A stretch of 32,000 bases of DNA. Source: Nanobdella aerobiophila. GTDB lineage: Archaea > Nanobdellota > Nanobdellia > Nanobdellales > Nanobdellaceae. The notes under the pieces were generated by a model, which was not told the origin of the DNA, made no database searches, and saw nothing but the letters and a program-made list of their open reading frames with translations. The stretch spans positions 120,001-152,000 of the forward strand of contig NZ_AP019769.1 in the NCBI RefSeq assembly GCF_023169545.1. The letters are read 5' to 3'. Below, one piece after another: positions 18,501-25,600 of this stretch (the stretch's first letter is position 1; each line of letters starts with the position of its first letter). The translations under genes were made by a program, and so were the position numbers.

Positions 18501-18530
18501 GGTCAACCAACAGTACAAGCAATACAATAA
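15528..18530 (+). CDS. S-layer / major surface glycoprotein candidate
   Basis: It has a signal-peptide-like 'MMRGKTISAIGAMAALGLAIYS'. The N-terminal 'WTVVVGANAKASDVVGASNIVAAL' and C-terminal 'NMVLVGGPAVNTLTAQ' resemble the conserved ends of euryarchaeal S-layer proteins (S_layer_N/S_layer_C type). The protein is about 1000 aa, T/S/Q/N/G/V-rich, has no Cys and very few K/R/E, and carries many N-x-S/T sequons. ATG 15528 is preferred to the track's TTG at 15507; ATG 15570 is also possible. Confidence 0.8.
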   Translation: MEKHSKGKNRYKSFMMRGKTISAIGAMAALGLAIYSQSGQPTIGQLAQAMKAQPSAWTVVVGANAKASDVVGASNIVAALETFTSVPTNMTTNQSNLQVQIQGTIPVIQNSYPLYYPSEPLYLGYNLNSVVNVLSVGSGTFQTNYNGQQTTYQYNAYVYPSNQYSIQYIEPTPGQSQPVVSLAATGPTASPISLNLTFSPSLNLTQLTQSPQAINIFNTTYYMVPASNGQYINFVPAADVVTLNVNQSTTFNGVQITLQGVTAQYSAGSTTSTGVPSAVLNINGRTVTVQVGSQEYVDGINVLVVNVYGPLSNEVTTTQQGYVELVLGNSGYQLPITSTPANVQTSSGQVLNNVQVQMTYTTSGNGYLISDIAFLFPQLPEIGTSGYYGLTNGAVYQLPLFNYELTFPSVTLPAKNSDLIQVQSSLVTQGSNSYANQFTLSYPDALSGKTYTLSIYNNDPSSPSNGVLQAFQQGYVQSLKEYTNSLTTSTTSTYQSAALTPTVGTVISITNTSSVTSYYYIANVSSSNVILVGLQTGQVYNVNSGGATLSDGVSVKYSGGTLTFNSPNGQYFTSQTFTAGTNYNYPYYAGQLTPGSQTSAFVLYPGQYFAVYNPTTQTSEIFYLQDVTTGTNNVPQATIEDVITGQTYTVSQGNPIVVDNGISLDPIIINTQVPYVILQGSGTISMNRLVLTSMGTSPQSTPMISITGLGTPTVNIGVQDTYPGYTLVNGSTLGTSVSLTLGVTGGLANPTFDYTNPTSTSVTSGSTTTTYYLDKAGTYSVYTSSTGAQTLSLYVPMVPVSYAVSIAPVGSQSQQESVNVGIGQIIPGTSLTVEGVTGASSTTTTYSAPQALIGNVILTSQVNANNMNNMVLVGGPAVNTLTAQAVINWVSSENSTLGSELQSLASSQGGLIYGSQLAPVLQQLGITFEPGTALVFTSTLAPNSLVIFGWYGNDTTEATQVFANYLVSGVDSSVFNNATLVWINDQQTSVSGQPTVQAIQ

Positions 18531-18534
18531 AAGC

Positions 18535-18555
18535 TTTTTTCTTTTATGATTTTTT
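18535..18555 (+). terminator. Oligo-T tracts downstream of the S-layer gene (candidate archaeal terminator)
   Basis: 'tttttt c tttt atgat ttttt' begins 5 nt after the stop codon. Oligo-T is the usual archaeal termination signal, but it is weakly discriminating in this AT-rich genome. Confidence 0.25.
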
Positions 18556-18681
18556 ATGGATGATGATGTAAAAGAGATTGTTTTTGATTTTTTATTATTA
18601 GTATTTTCATTATTTATCTTAATTTTTGGATATTGGTTATCTTTATTATAAATATATAAAGATTTTAGATAAAAATTATTG

Positions 18682-19461
18682 ATGGATATTAATATAGATA
18701 ATCTGGATTTTTTAAGGAAAATTTTAAAACAGGATTTAAGATTAGATAATAGGAATTTATTGGAATATAGAAAAATAAATAAAATAGATAATTATACAAT
18801 AAATGCTGAAGGATCTTGTTATCTAGAATTAGGAAATACAAAAGTTTTATCCGGAGTAAAATTAGAGATATCTGAACCATATGAAGATAAGGAAGGTATT
18901 TTTATAAATAATGTAGAATTTTCTCAAGTTTCTGATTCAAATGTAGATCCGGCTTCAGAAGAAGTTATAGAATTTTCTAGAGTTGTAGATAGAGTAATTA
19001 GAGAATCTGGGTTTATAGATACAAAAAAATTAGTAATAGATGATAAAAATGTTTGGACTATATATTTAGATACTTATGTATTGAATAATGATGGCAATAT
19101 AATAGATGCAGCAGTATTATCATCAATATTAGCATTAAGAAATACAAGATTTCCAAAATTAGAAAAAGAAAATGACAAATACATTATAAATTATAAAGAA
19201 AAAACAGATAAAAGATTACCATTAAATGAAAATAAAATTCCAATTATGGTAACATTCGCTAAGATAGATAATAAGTTTATATTAGATCCAAATAAATATG
19301 AAGAGGAGGCTGCAGATTTTATAATACATATAGGATTAACAGATAATATAAATGCGCTACAAACTAGGAAATCCGGCTCTATATCTTTAGAAGAATTTGA
19401 TTATTTATTGAATAAGGCTAAAGATTTTAAAGAATATTTAATAAGAAAATACTATGAGTAA
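18682..19461 (+). CDS. rrp42: Exosome complex component Rrp42 (RNase PH-like, non-catalytic subunit)
   Basis: It is collinear with Sulfolobus Rrp42: 'LRLDNRNLLEYRKI' (R-x-D-G-R..YR), 'LGNTKVLSGVKLEISEPYEDKEG', 'VWTIYLDTYVLNNDGNIIDAAVLSSILAL' and 'RKSGSISLEEF'. ATG 18682 is preferred to TTG 18679. Confidence 0.9.
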   Translation: MDINIDNLDFLRKILKQDLRLDNRNLLEYRKINKIDNYTINAEGSCYLELGNTKVLSGVKLEISEPYEDKEGIFINNVEFSQVSDSNVDPASEEVIEFSRVVDRVIRESGFIDTKKLVIDDKNVWTIYLDTYVLNNDGNIIDAAVLSSILALRNTRFPKLEKENDKYIINYKEKTDKRLPLNENKIPIMVTFAKIDNKFILDPNKYEEEAADFIIHIGLTDNINALQTRKSGSISLEEFDYLLNKAKDFKEYLIRKYYE

Positions 19462-19651
19462 TAATTCAAGATTCGCGATAGCTAGGTTAATAGGTGCAAG
19501 GGCATTACAAATATCTATGGGGGCTCCGATAATGGTTAAATTATCTAAAGAAGATTTAGAAAGAATAAATTATAATCCTGTAAAAATTGCAATGATAGAA
19601 TATGAAAAAGGAGTATTACCATTAAGAGCATCTTTTAAAGAAAAATTATAG
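19454..19651 (+). CDS. rpoK: DNA-directed RNA polymerase subunit K (Rpo6/RpoK)
   Basis: 'RFAIARLIGARALQISMGAPIMV' and 'NPVKIAMIEYEKGVLPL' match the family. The start overlaps the rrp42 stop by 8 nt (ATGAGTAA). Confidence 0.9.
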   Translation: MSNNSRFAIARLIGARALQISMGAPIMVKLSKEDLERINYNPVKIAMIEYEKGVLPLRASFKEKL

Positions 19652-20194
19652 TTTAAATAAAAAATACTTTTCAGGTAAATTAACACCTTTTTTATTAAAT
19701 TTTTTTAATGTACTATATTTTTTTTTAATTTTCTTTAAAGTATCTTTTTCTTGTTTATCTTCTTTTGATAATTTATGATATATTTTATTTAGATTATTTA
19801 TATATACTTTTTCTTTTTTATCTTCCGGATCATTATACTGGTTTAATTGCTTTAATAACATTTTTAAATATTTTATCATATTTTCTATATCTTTTTCTTC
19901 ATATTCGATATTTTTCTCAGATTGAATAATGTCTCTTTCCAATATATTTAGTTCATTTATCATTCTTGGATCTTGTTTCTTTAATTCTACATTATATCTT
20001 TTCATTTCTGATTTTATTCTATCTTTATATTTTTTTATCATTTCAAATTGCTGCCTTATTTGTCTAAATCTATTAGATAGTTGTAGATTAAGTTTCTTGT
20101 AATATTGTATTTTTTTAGGATTGATTTTTATATTCCTGCTTCCCTTTTTAAAAATCTTTGGTATATTTATTCTCATATTTAGTTCTAACCCCAT
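19646..20194 (-). CDS. Lys/Glu-rich coiled-coil hypothetical protein
   Basis: The track ORF (to 20242) runs into the tRNA-Val gene. Its first 10-16 codons are the reverse translation of the tRNA, so an internal Met (20194 or 20176) is the more plausible start. No recognisable family was found. Confidence 0.45.
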   Translation of the reverse strand: MGLELNMRINIPKIFKKGSRNIKINPKKIQYYKKLNLQLSNRFRQIRQQFEMIKKYKDRIKSEMKRYNVELKKQDPRMINELNILERDIIQSEKNIEYEEKDIENMIKYLKMLLKQLNQYNDPEDKKEKVYINNLNKIYHKLSKEDKQEKDTLKKIKKKYSTLKKFNKKGVNLPEKYFLFKL

Positions 20195-20211
20195 TTTTAA
20201 ATATAAATTTT

Positions 20212-20284
20212 TGGGACCGCGGGGATTCGAACCCCGGACCACTGCCTAGTCAGGGCAGCATCATAGCCACTAGACTACGGTCCC
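20212..20284 (-). tRNA. tRNA-Val (anticodon GAC), intron-less, no encoded CCA
   Basis: Folded by hand. The acceptor is GGGACCG/CGGTCCC (7 bp) and the D-arm is GTCT-AGTGGCTA-TGAT. The anticodon stem is CTGCC/GGCAG with loop CT-GAC-TA. The variable loop is TGGTC, and the T-arm is CGGGG-TTCGAAT-CCCCG. The discriminator is A and is followed by A, A. Confidence 0.93.
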
Positions 20285-20297
20285 TATCAAAAATAAT

Positions 20298-20564
20298 TTA
20301 ATATATTATTTTAAAATCTTTATATTTCTGATCTTTTATTTCTATTTCATCTATTTTGTCCACTCTAGCTCTTTCAGGCCCCCTCTTACACAATTCAATT
20401 ATATTATATATATCCATTTGATTTCCTTCAAATACAGCTTCTACAGTTCCATCTGGATTATTTTTTACATATCCTTTTATATTATATCTTAATGCATTTC
20501 TATATATAAAATTTCTAAATCCAACTCCCTGTACTTTTCCATATATTATAACCTTCTTTGCCAT
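20298..20564 (-). CDS. acyP: Acylphosphatase
   Basis: The signature is 'IIYGKVQGVGFRNF', followed by 'GYVKNNPDGTVEAVFEG'. The length is 88 aa. Confidence 0.9.
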   Translation of the reverse strand: MAKKVIIYGKVQGVGFRNFIYRNALRYNIKGYVKNNPDGTVEAVFEGNQMDIYNIIELCKRGPERARVDKIDEIEIKDQKYKDFKIIY

Positions 20565-20705
20565 AAATTTTATTTATAGAAAAGTTTTAATTCGATAATT
20601 TTTGTTTAAACTTTTTTTATTATTTAAAAATTACTTTAAGATTGATTTTATTATATAATATTTAAAAGTTTTACTTTATAATAATAGAAATCATGGAAAG
20701 TCGGA

Positions 20706-22058
20706 ATGTATAATTTTATGATGAAAGAAACATATATAAAAGATATTTTAAAAGAAGATTTAGTTGGAAAGGAAGTTTCTATAAAAGGTTGGGTTTATAG
20801 AATGAGAGATATGAAGGATAAGGTATTTTTCGTAATAAGAGATCCTACAGGCATAATACAAGCAGTTGTAAAAAAAGATAATGTTAATGAGAATATATGG
20901 AATGATGCCCTAAAGTTTCAAATTGAGGGATCTCTAGAATTGAAAGGAATATTAAAAAAAGATGAGAGGGCACCTACTGGGTACGAAATAGAAGTAAAGG
21001 ATATAAAAGTATATGATTATGGGCAACCATTTCCATTAAAGGGAGATGAAGAGATAGATACTATACAAAAATATAGACATTTATGGATAAGAACAAAGTG
21101 GTTTGTAGATATATTAAAAGTAAAACACAGTTTGTTAAAAAATTTAAGAGAGTGGTATATAAATGATGGATGGTATGAGGTGCAACCACCAATCTTAGTT
21201 GGTAATGCGGCAGAAAATACGACAGAATTATTTGAAGTAAAATACTTTGATCAAAAAGCTTATTTATCGCAATCTGCACAATTATATTTAGAAGCATTGA
21301 TATTTTCTCTGGGGAAAGTATATTCTTTAACACCATCGTTTAGAGCAGAATTTTCTAGAACGAAAAGACATTTACATGAATATTGGCATTTTGAAATTGA
21401 GGCTGCTTGGTATCATTTAGAAGATCTAATAAAAGCAGTAGAAGAATCATTAAAATATTCTATAGAAAAGACAATAGAAGAGAGAAAATCAGAATTTGAA
21501 GATTTAAAAAGTATAACTGGTAGAGATATTAAAGAATTAAAAGATTTTGTGGAAAAACCATGGAAAATATTAAAATATGAAGATGGAATTAAAAAATTAA
21601 AAGATTTAGGCATAAATATAAGATACGGAGACGATCTGGGATCTGATGAGGAAAGAATATTAACTCAGCAATTTGATGTACCAATATTCTTGACATATTA
21701 TCCAAGAGAAGTAAAAGCATTTTATATGTATGAGAATGGTGATGGAACAGTAAAAAATTTTGATCTATTAGCACCGGAAGGATATGGAGAAATTATTGGT
21801 GGATCTGAAAGAGAATGGAGATATAATATTTTGGATCAAAAAATAAAAGAGTGGAAATTAGATTCATTAAAGATAGAAGTTGGCAATGAAGAAATTGATG
21901 CATATGAATGGTATAAAGATTTAAGAAGATATGGTTCAGTACCACATTCAGGGATGGGACTCGGTCTAGAAAGATTTACAAGATGGATATGCAAAATGGA
22001 TCATATAAGAGATACCTTGGCATTCCCAAGATTAAGAGGAGGCTGGCTATATCCATAA
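20706..22058 (+). CDS. asnS: Asparaginyl-tRNA synthetase (class IIb)
   Basis: It is collinear with archaeal AsnRS: 'AYLSQSAQLYLEALIF', motif 2 'SLTPSFRAEFSRTKRHLHEYWHFEIEAAW', 'LAPEGYGEIIGGSERE', 'YEWYKDLRRYGSVPHSGMGLGLER' and 'FPR..LYP'. The start may be Met5/Met6 (20718/20721). Confidence 0.93.
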   Translation: MYNFMMKETYIKDILKEDLVGKEVSIKGWVYRMRDMKDKVFFVIRDPTGIIQAVVKKDNVNENIWNDALKFQIEGSLELKGILKKDERAPTGYEIEVKDIKVYDYGQPFPLKGDEEIDTIQKYRHLWIRTKWFVDILKVKHSLLKNLREWYINDGWYEVQPPILVGNAAENTTELFEVKYFDQKAYLSQSAQLYLEALIFSLGKVYSLTPSFRAEFSRTKRHLHEYWHFEIEAAWYHLEDLIKAVEESLKYSIEKTIEERKSEFEDLKSITGRDIKELKDFVEKPWKILKYEDGIKKLKDLGINIRYGDDLGSDEERILTQQFDVPIFLTYYPREVKAFYMYENGDGTVKNFDLLAPEGYGEIIGGSEREWRYNILDQKIKEWKLDSLKIEVGNEEIDAYEWYKDLRRYGSVPHSGMGLGLERFTRWICKMDHIRDTLAFPRLRGGWLYP

Positions 22059-22090
22059 GTTTTTAAATATTCTTTATATTTTTATTATAT

Positions 22091-22474
22091 ATGGGTAGCT
22101 ATTCAAAAGATGAACTGAAGATATATATTGATATAGATGTTGTAAAAGGAAAGGAATTAAATGAACTTTTAGAATATATACTTAATAGTTATAAACCATT
22201 AGATGAAGTAAATAAAAGTTTATTTAATCAGTTTAATAAATATAAAGGTTCTGTAGATTATATCGTAGAGAATATTAATAGGCTAGAGGTAACTGCAGGT
22301 ATCTATAAATTAGAGTGTAGTAAGCTTTTTAGAGATCATTCATTAGACTATTATAAGTGCTATTTTAAAGTTAGTGGAGGGAAAACTCTCGATTCAAAAT
22401 GGATAAAAGCAGGTTCTTTATCTTCGCTGTTAGAAACATATATTAAGGAACTGAAATCTATTTATAACCAGTAA
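22091..22474 (+). CDS. Hypothetical protein
   Basis: This is a 127-codon ORF with a convergent 17-nt overlap with the next gene. No recognisable motif was found. Confidence 0.45.
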   Translation: MGSYSKDELKIYIDIDVVKGKELNELLEYILNSYKPLDEVNKSLFNQFNKYKGSVDYIVENINRLEVTAGIYKLECSKLFRDHSLDYYKCYFKVSGGKTLDSKWIKAGSLSSLLETYIKELKSIYNQ

Positions 22475-23111
22475 ATATCTCTATAAATATATTTTTTATA
22501 TTATTTTCTTTCAACATCCTAAGCATAGATATAGAAAAGTTGGTGGATCCACATATATAGAAATCATAAGAATCTAGATTATTAATATATTTTTTTAATA
22601 ATTCCATGTTTATATGGCTGTTTTCATAGTTATCTACCTTTTCTCTTGTTATAGTTAATATCAGATCTATCTTTGATTTTTTTAGTTCATCTAAATATAC
22701 TGCATCTTTAAAATATTTTACAGAATAGAATAATTTTATATTATAATCTAAATTGTTTTTTACAATATATCTTATATCTGATAAAAATGGTGCAATACCT
22801 ATCCCGCCTGCAATCATTACTATATTTTTATTCTTTTTTAATGATAGATTACCGCCATATGGACCTTCAATATATACAAGATCTCCTTCTTTTAAATTTC
22901 TCATATTTTTCTTGTAATCACTCTCAGATAAAGTAGAAATTATAGATATACAATTATCAGTAGGTATGGAAATTATAGAAAATTCCCTAAGTTCATTATT
23001 TATATATAACCTTATGAACTGTCCCGGTATAAAGTCTATTACCTTTTCGAATCCCAATTCTATAATATTATCATTTAGTAATTTTTTGTATATTACTTTA
23101 GCCTCTTTCAT
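22458..23111 (-). CDS. FNR-like FAD/NAD(P)-binding oxidoreductase (ferredoxin reductase-type; no Fe-S cysteine cluster seen)
   Basis: The FAD-binding region 'PGQFIRLYI...REFSIIS' contains the R-x-[YF]-S motif, and the NAD(P)-binding region is 'IVMIAGGIGIAPFLS'. The internal Met at 23111 ('MKEAKVIYKK..') fits family N-termini better than the track start at 23171. Confidence 0.7.
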   Translation of the reverse strand: MKEAKVIYKKLLNDNIIELGFEKVIDFIPGQFIRLYINNELREFSIISIPTDNCISIISTLSESDYKKNMRNLKEGDLVYIEGPYGGNLSLKKNKNIVMIAGGIGIAPFLSDIRYIVKNNLDYNIKLFYSVKYFKDAVYLDELKKSKIDLILTITREKVDNYENSHINMELLKKYINNLDSYDFYICGSTNFSISMLRMLKENNIKNIFIEIFTGYK

Positions 23112-23373
23112 AAAAATTCTATATTTTATAAAAGCTTTATATTTTTTATAGAAGGATTGGAATATATGCAAAGACTTTTGAGAATTACATTAGTATAGAC
23201 ACCTTTTCAGCATTTTCTAGAGTAATATTAAATTTAACATTTATATAGAGAACTTTACTACTGTTTTAAATGTAAATAATTTTTTATTATATAATTTTTA
23301 TTGATATTTTAGTTTATATCTTTATATAGTGATTATTAAATATATAGAAATTTATAAAAAATGTTTACTGTGA

Positions 23374-23399
23374 TGTACAAAAATTAATATTTTTGTACA
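23374..23399. promoter_or_regulatory. Perfect palindrome TGTACAAAAAT-TAAT-ATTTTTGTACA just upstream of the first ATPase remnant
   Basis: The 11-bp arms and 4-nt centre were read directly from the sequence. The palindrome ends 9 nt before GTG 23409. It is a candidate operator or hairpin. Confidence 0.35.
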
Positions 23400-23408
23400 C
23401 TATATTAT

Positions 23409-23666
23409 GTGAACATAACTGAAATACTGATACTGATAAGACAAAAGAATGAATTAAATTATATTTATTCACAAGAATTATTAGATAGAGAATATCATAT
23501 TGATATAAATACAGATATTATAAAAGTAATAACTGGCATTAGAAGATCTGGTAAAAGTACTTTAGCATTATTATCATTAAAAGATAAAAATTTTGGATAT
23601 ATAAATTTTGATGAAAGAGAGCTATTAAATTTTAATTTAACAGATATAGAAAATCTTATTTTTTGA
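23409..23666 (+). pseudogene. N-terminal remnant (85 codons) of a Walker-A ATPase of the AAA_14/DUF4143 (COG1373-like) family
   Basis: It has a GTG start and the Walker A motif 'GIRRSGKST'. It is collinear with residues 1-90 of the intact copy at 25601. It stops before the expected Walker B (DEIQ), and downstream sequence does not continue the protein in any frame I could read. Confidence 0.7.
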
Positions 23667-24130
23667 TGGAATACATATCCTAGATGCCCCGGGGTTCTGC
23701 TTTGGAGGTTGAAAAGGTATGTGGTAATAATATAGATGATGGAAACAATTTATATCCTGTTTTTTAAGATTATATAATTATTTGAAAGATTTTCCTGCTA
23801 TTAAAATAAACTATAGATCAGAAAGTGTATTTAATAAATATAATATCAGGTTATTGTTCGGTTTTAAATATAATGGTTCTAATATTTATTAACTTTAATT
23901 ATATCATATAAATATTTTAATTATATATTTTTTTTAGGATCGATAAATATCAATGTGCTAATTTTTATATCCATTGTTTCTACATAGTATTATTAGAATA
24001 AATCCTTTTTTCAATGCCAAATTAAATAATATCTTTGGATTAAACTCTTTAATAGTAAAATTCCTTATAAAATTATAATTTATAAATATCTTTGGATTAT
24101 AAATCCAGATCATTTATAAATAGTTATTGA

Positions 24131-25303
24131 ATACAATTCTATATAGGTATACTAAAAGATATAACTTATGATTATGTAAATTCATCAAAATATATAAAAG
24201 AAATAAAAAGGAATATAGAAATAAAAGAATCCTTAGATATAATCGCATTAATAGGACCTAGAAGAGTAGGAAAGACAACAATTATGCTAAAAAAAAAAGA
24301 ATTATTAGAAAATGATGAACAGGCTATTTATGTTTCTTTCGATAATCTATATTTATTCAATTTAGATATAAGGAAATTTGCCTAGATGATAAGATCTGAA
24401 TATCCAGAAGGAAAAGTATATTTATTTTTAGATGAGATTCAAGAGTGGAAGAATTGGGATTATAATATAAGGTGGTTGCATGATGTAAAGGACTTTTTCC
24501 TATATATATCCGGGTCTTCTTCTACTCTTCAGTCTTCTGAAATTCCAACAAAATTAAGGGGAAGATATATTTCAAAAATTATTTTTCCAATATCCTTTAA
24601 AGAACTTATAAATTTTGAAGTAGAAGATTTTAGGCATATTGGAAAGATATACAATTTATTAGAAGAATATATAAGATGGGGAGGATTTCCGGAACTAATA
24701 TTATATAAAGATATTGAGAAATTAAATTCTTTATTAGAAACAGTATTTTATAGAGATATAATTGAAAGAAATAAAATAAGAAATATTGATGTATTCAGGA
24801 TAATATCTAGATTTATTTTATCTAATTATTCAAATACTTTTACATATAATTCATTAAAAAATTATTTGAGGTCTTTTAATATAAATATAGATGTAAAAAC
24901 AATAATAAAGTACATTGAGGCTATGAGAAAATATTTTTTATTATTTACTTTAGAGAGGTTTTCATACTCAGAAAAGAAAAAGTTGATTTCTCCCAAAAAA
25001 ATATATTTAATTGATACTTCTTTTACAAGTATATTTAATCAAGGAGAAGATATCGGAAGAAAAATGGAAAATATTGTTTTTATTGAGCTATTAAGAAGAG
25101 AAAATTATTTACCAGAAGAAAATATTTTAATAGAAGTAACTTATAGTATAGATAAAGAACATGAGAAAAAAGTATTGAGTGCTATGTATGAATTAAAATG
25201 TAAAAATAGTATAATAATTACTTGGGATTATGAGGATAATAAAACAATAAACAATTTAAATATTAAATTTATTCCTTTATGGAAATGGCTACTAAATTTA
25301 TGA
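24131..25303 (+). pseudogene. Disrupted AAA_14/DUF4143-type ATPase copy (no usable start, in-frame TAG, internal deletion)
   Basis: One frame reads '..IALIGPRRVGKTTIMLKKKELLENDEQAIYVSFDNLYLFNLDIRKFA-TAG-MIRSEYPEGKVYLFLDEIQEWKNW..'. There is no ATG/GTG/TTG between the upstream stop (24128-24130) and codon 24284. The TAG lies at 24383-24385. The C-terminal domain lacks the block corresponding to 'IDNIYYFHTNEGYEIDFLIKEGNN' of the intact copy. Confidence 0.75.
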
Positions 25304-25600
25304 GTATATTTAAGCTATGAAAATAATAAAAATAACCAGATAGGCAATAAAATTTATTTTTAGTTATAGTGAATTTTATTCCATCAAAATCCTTTAATAT
25401 ACTTATAATTCATTTCTAAAATTTCCAGGCTGTTCATTATAATTATTTTACTCTTATATATAATACAAAACTATAATATAATTAATTTGATCCGTATATG
25501 GAAGGGAGATTCATTAAATTAATCCTATTGGGATTAAAAAATTCATAAAAATTGTTCCTTTAAGACACAATTTATATAACTTTTAATTAAATAATATATT

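Noticed and set aside
20195-20242. N-terminal extension 'MVRGSNPRGPKNLYLK' of the 19646-20242 ORF
   Set aside because: These codons are the reverse-strand reading of the tRNA-Val gene body (20212-20284), so the protein most likely starts at an internal Met.
20212-20284. tRNA-Val as an integration site for the accessory island
   Set aside because: The island starts about 2.9 kb away, with four intact housekeeping genes in between. No integrase gene or direct repeat of the tRNA 3' end was seen.
23683-23724. GC-rich island as a tRNA, a split-tRNA half or a canonical C/D-box sRNA
   Set aside because: Neither strand contains a T-arm (GTTCRANNC flanked by a 5-bp stem), a D-arm or a 7-bp acceptor helix. 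The TGATGGA boxes deviate from RUGAUGA and no CUGA D or D' boxes are present. It is kept only as an unclassified RNA candidate.
24029-24099. Two copies of 'atatctttggatta' (24029-24042 and 24086-24099) as a possible CRISPR or other repeat array
   Set aside because: There are only two copies of 14 nt with AT-rich content and no regular repeat-spacer periodicity. They probably reflect an internal duplication within an eroded minus-strand ORF, which reads 'NPKIF...NPKIL'.
24383-24385. The in-frame TAG as a pyrrolysine or reassigned codon
   Set aside because: TAG also terminates other good genes here (for example 9309-10604 ends in tag). No pyl genes or a PYLIS-like context are visible. The same gene copy also lacks a start codon and carries a deletion, so a pseudogene is the simpler explanation.
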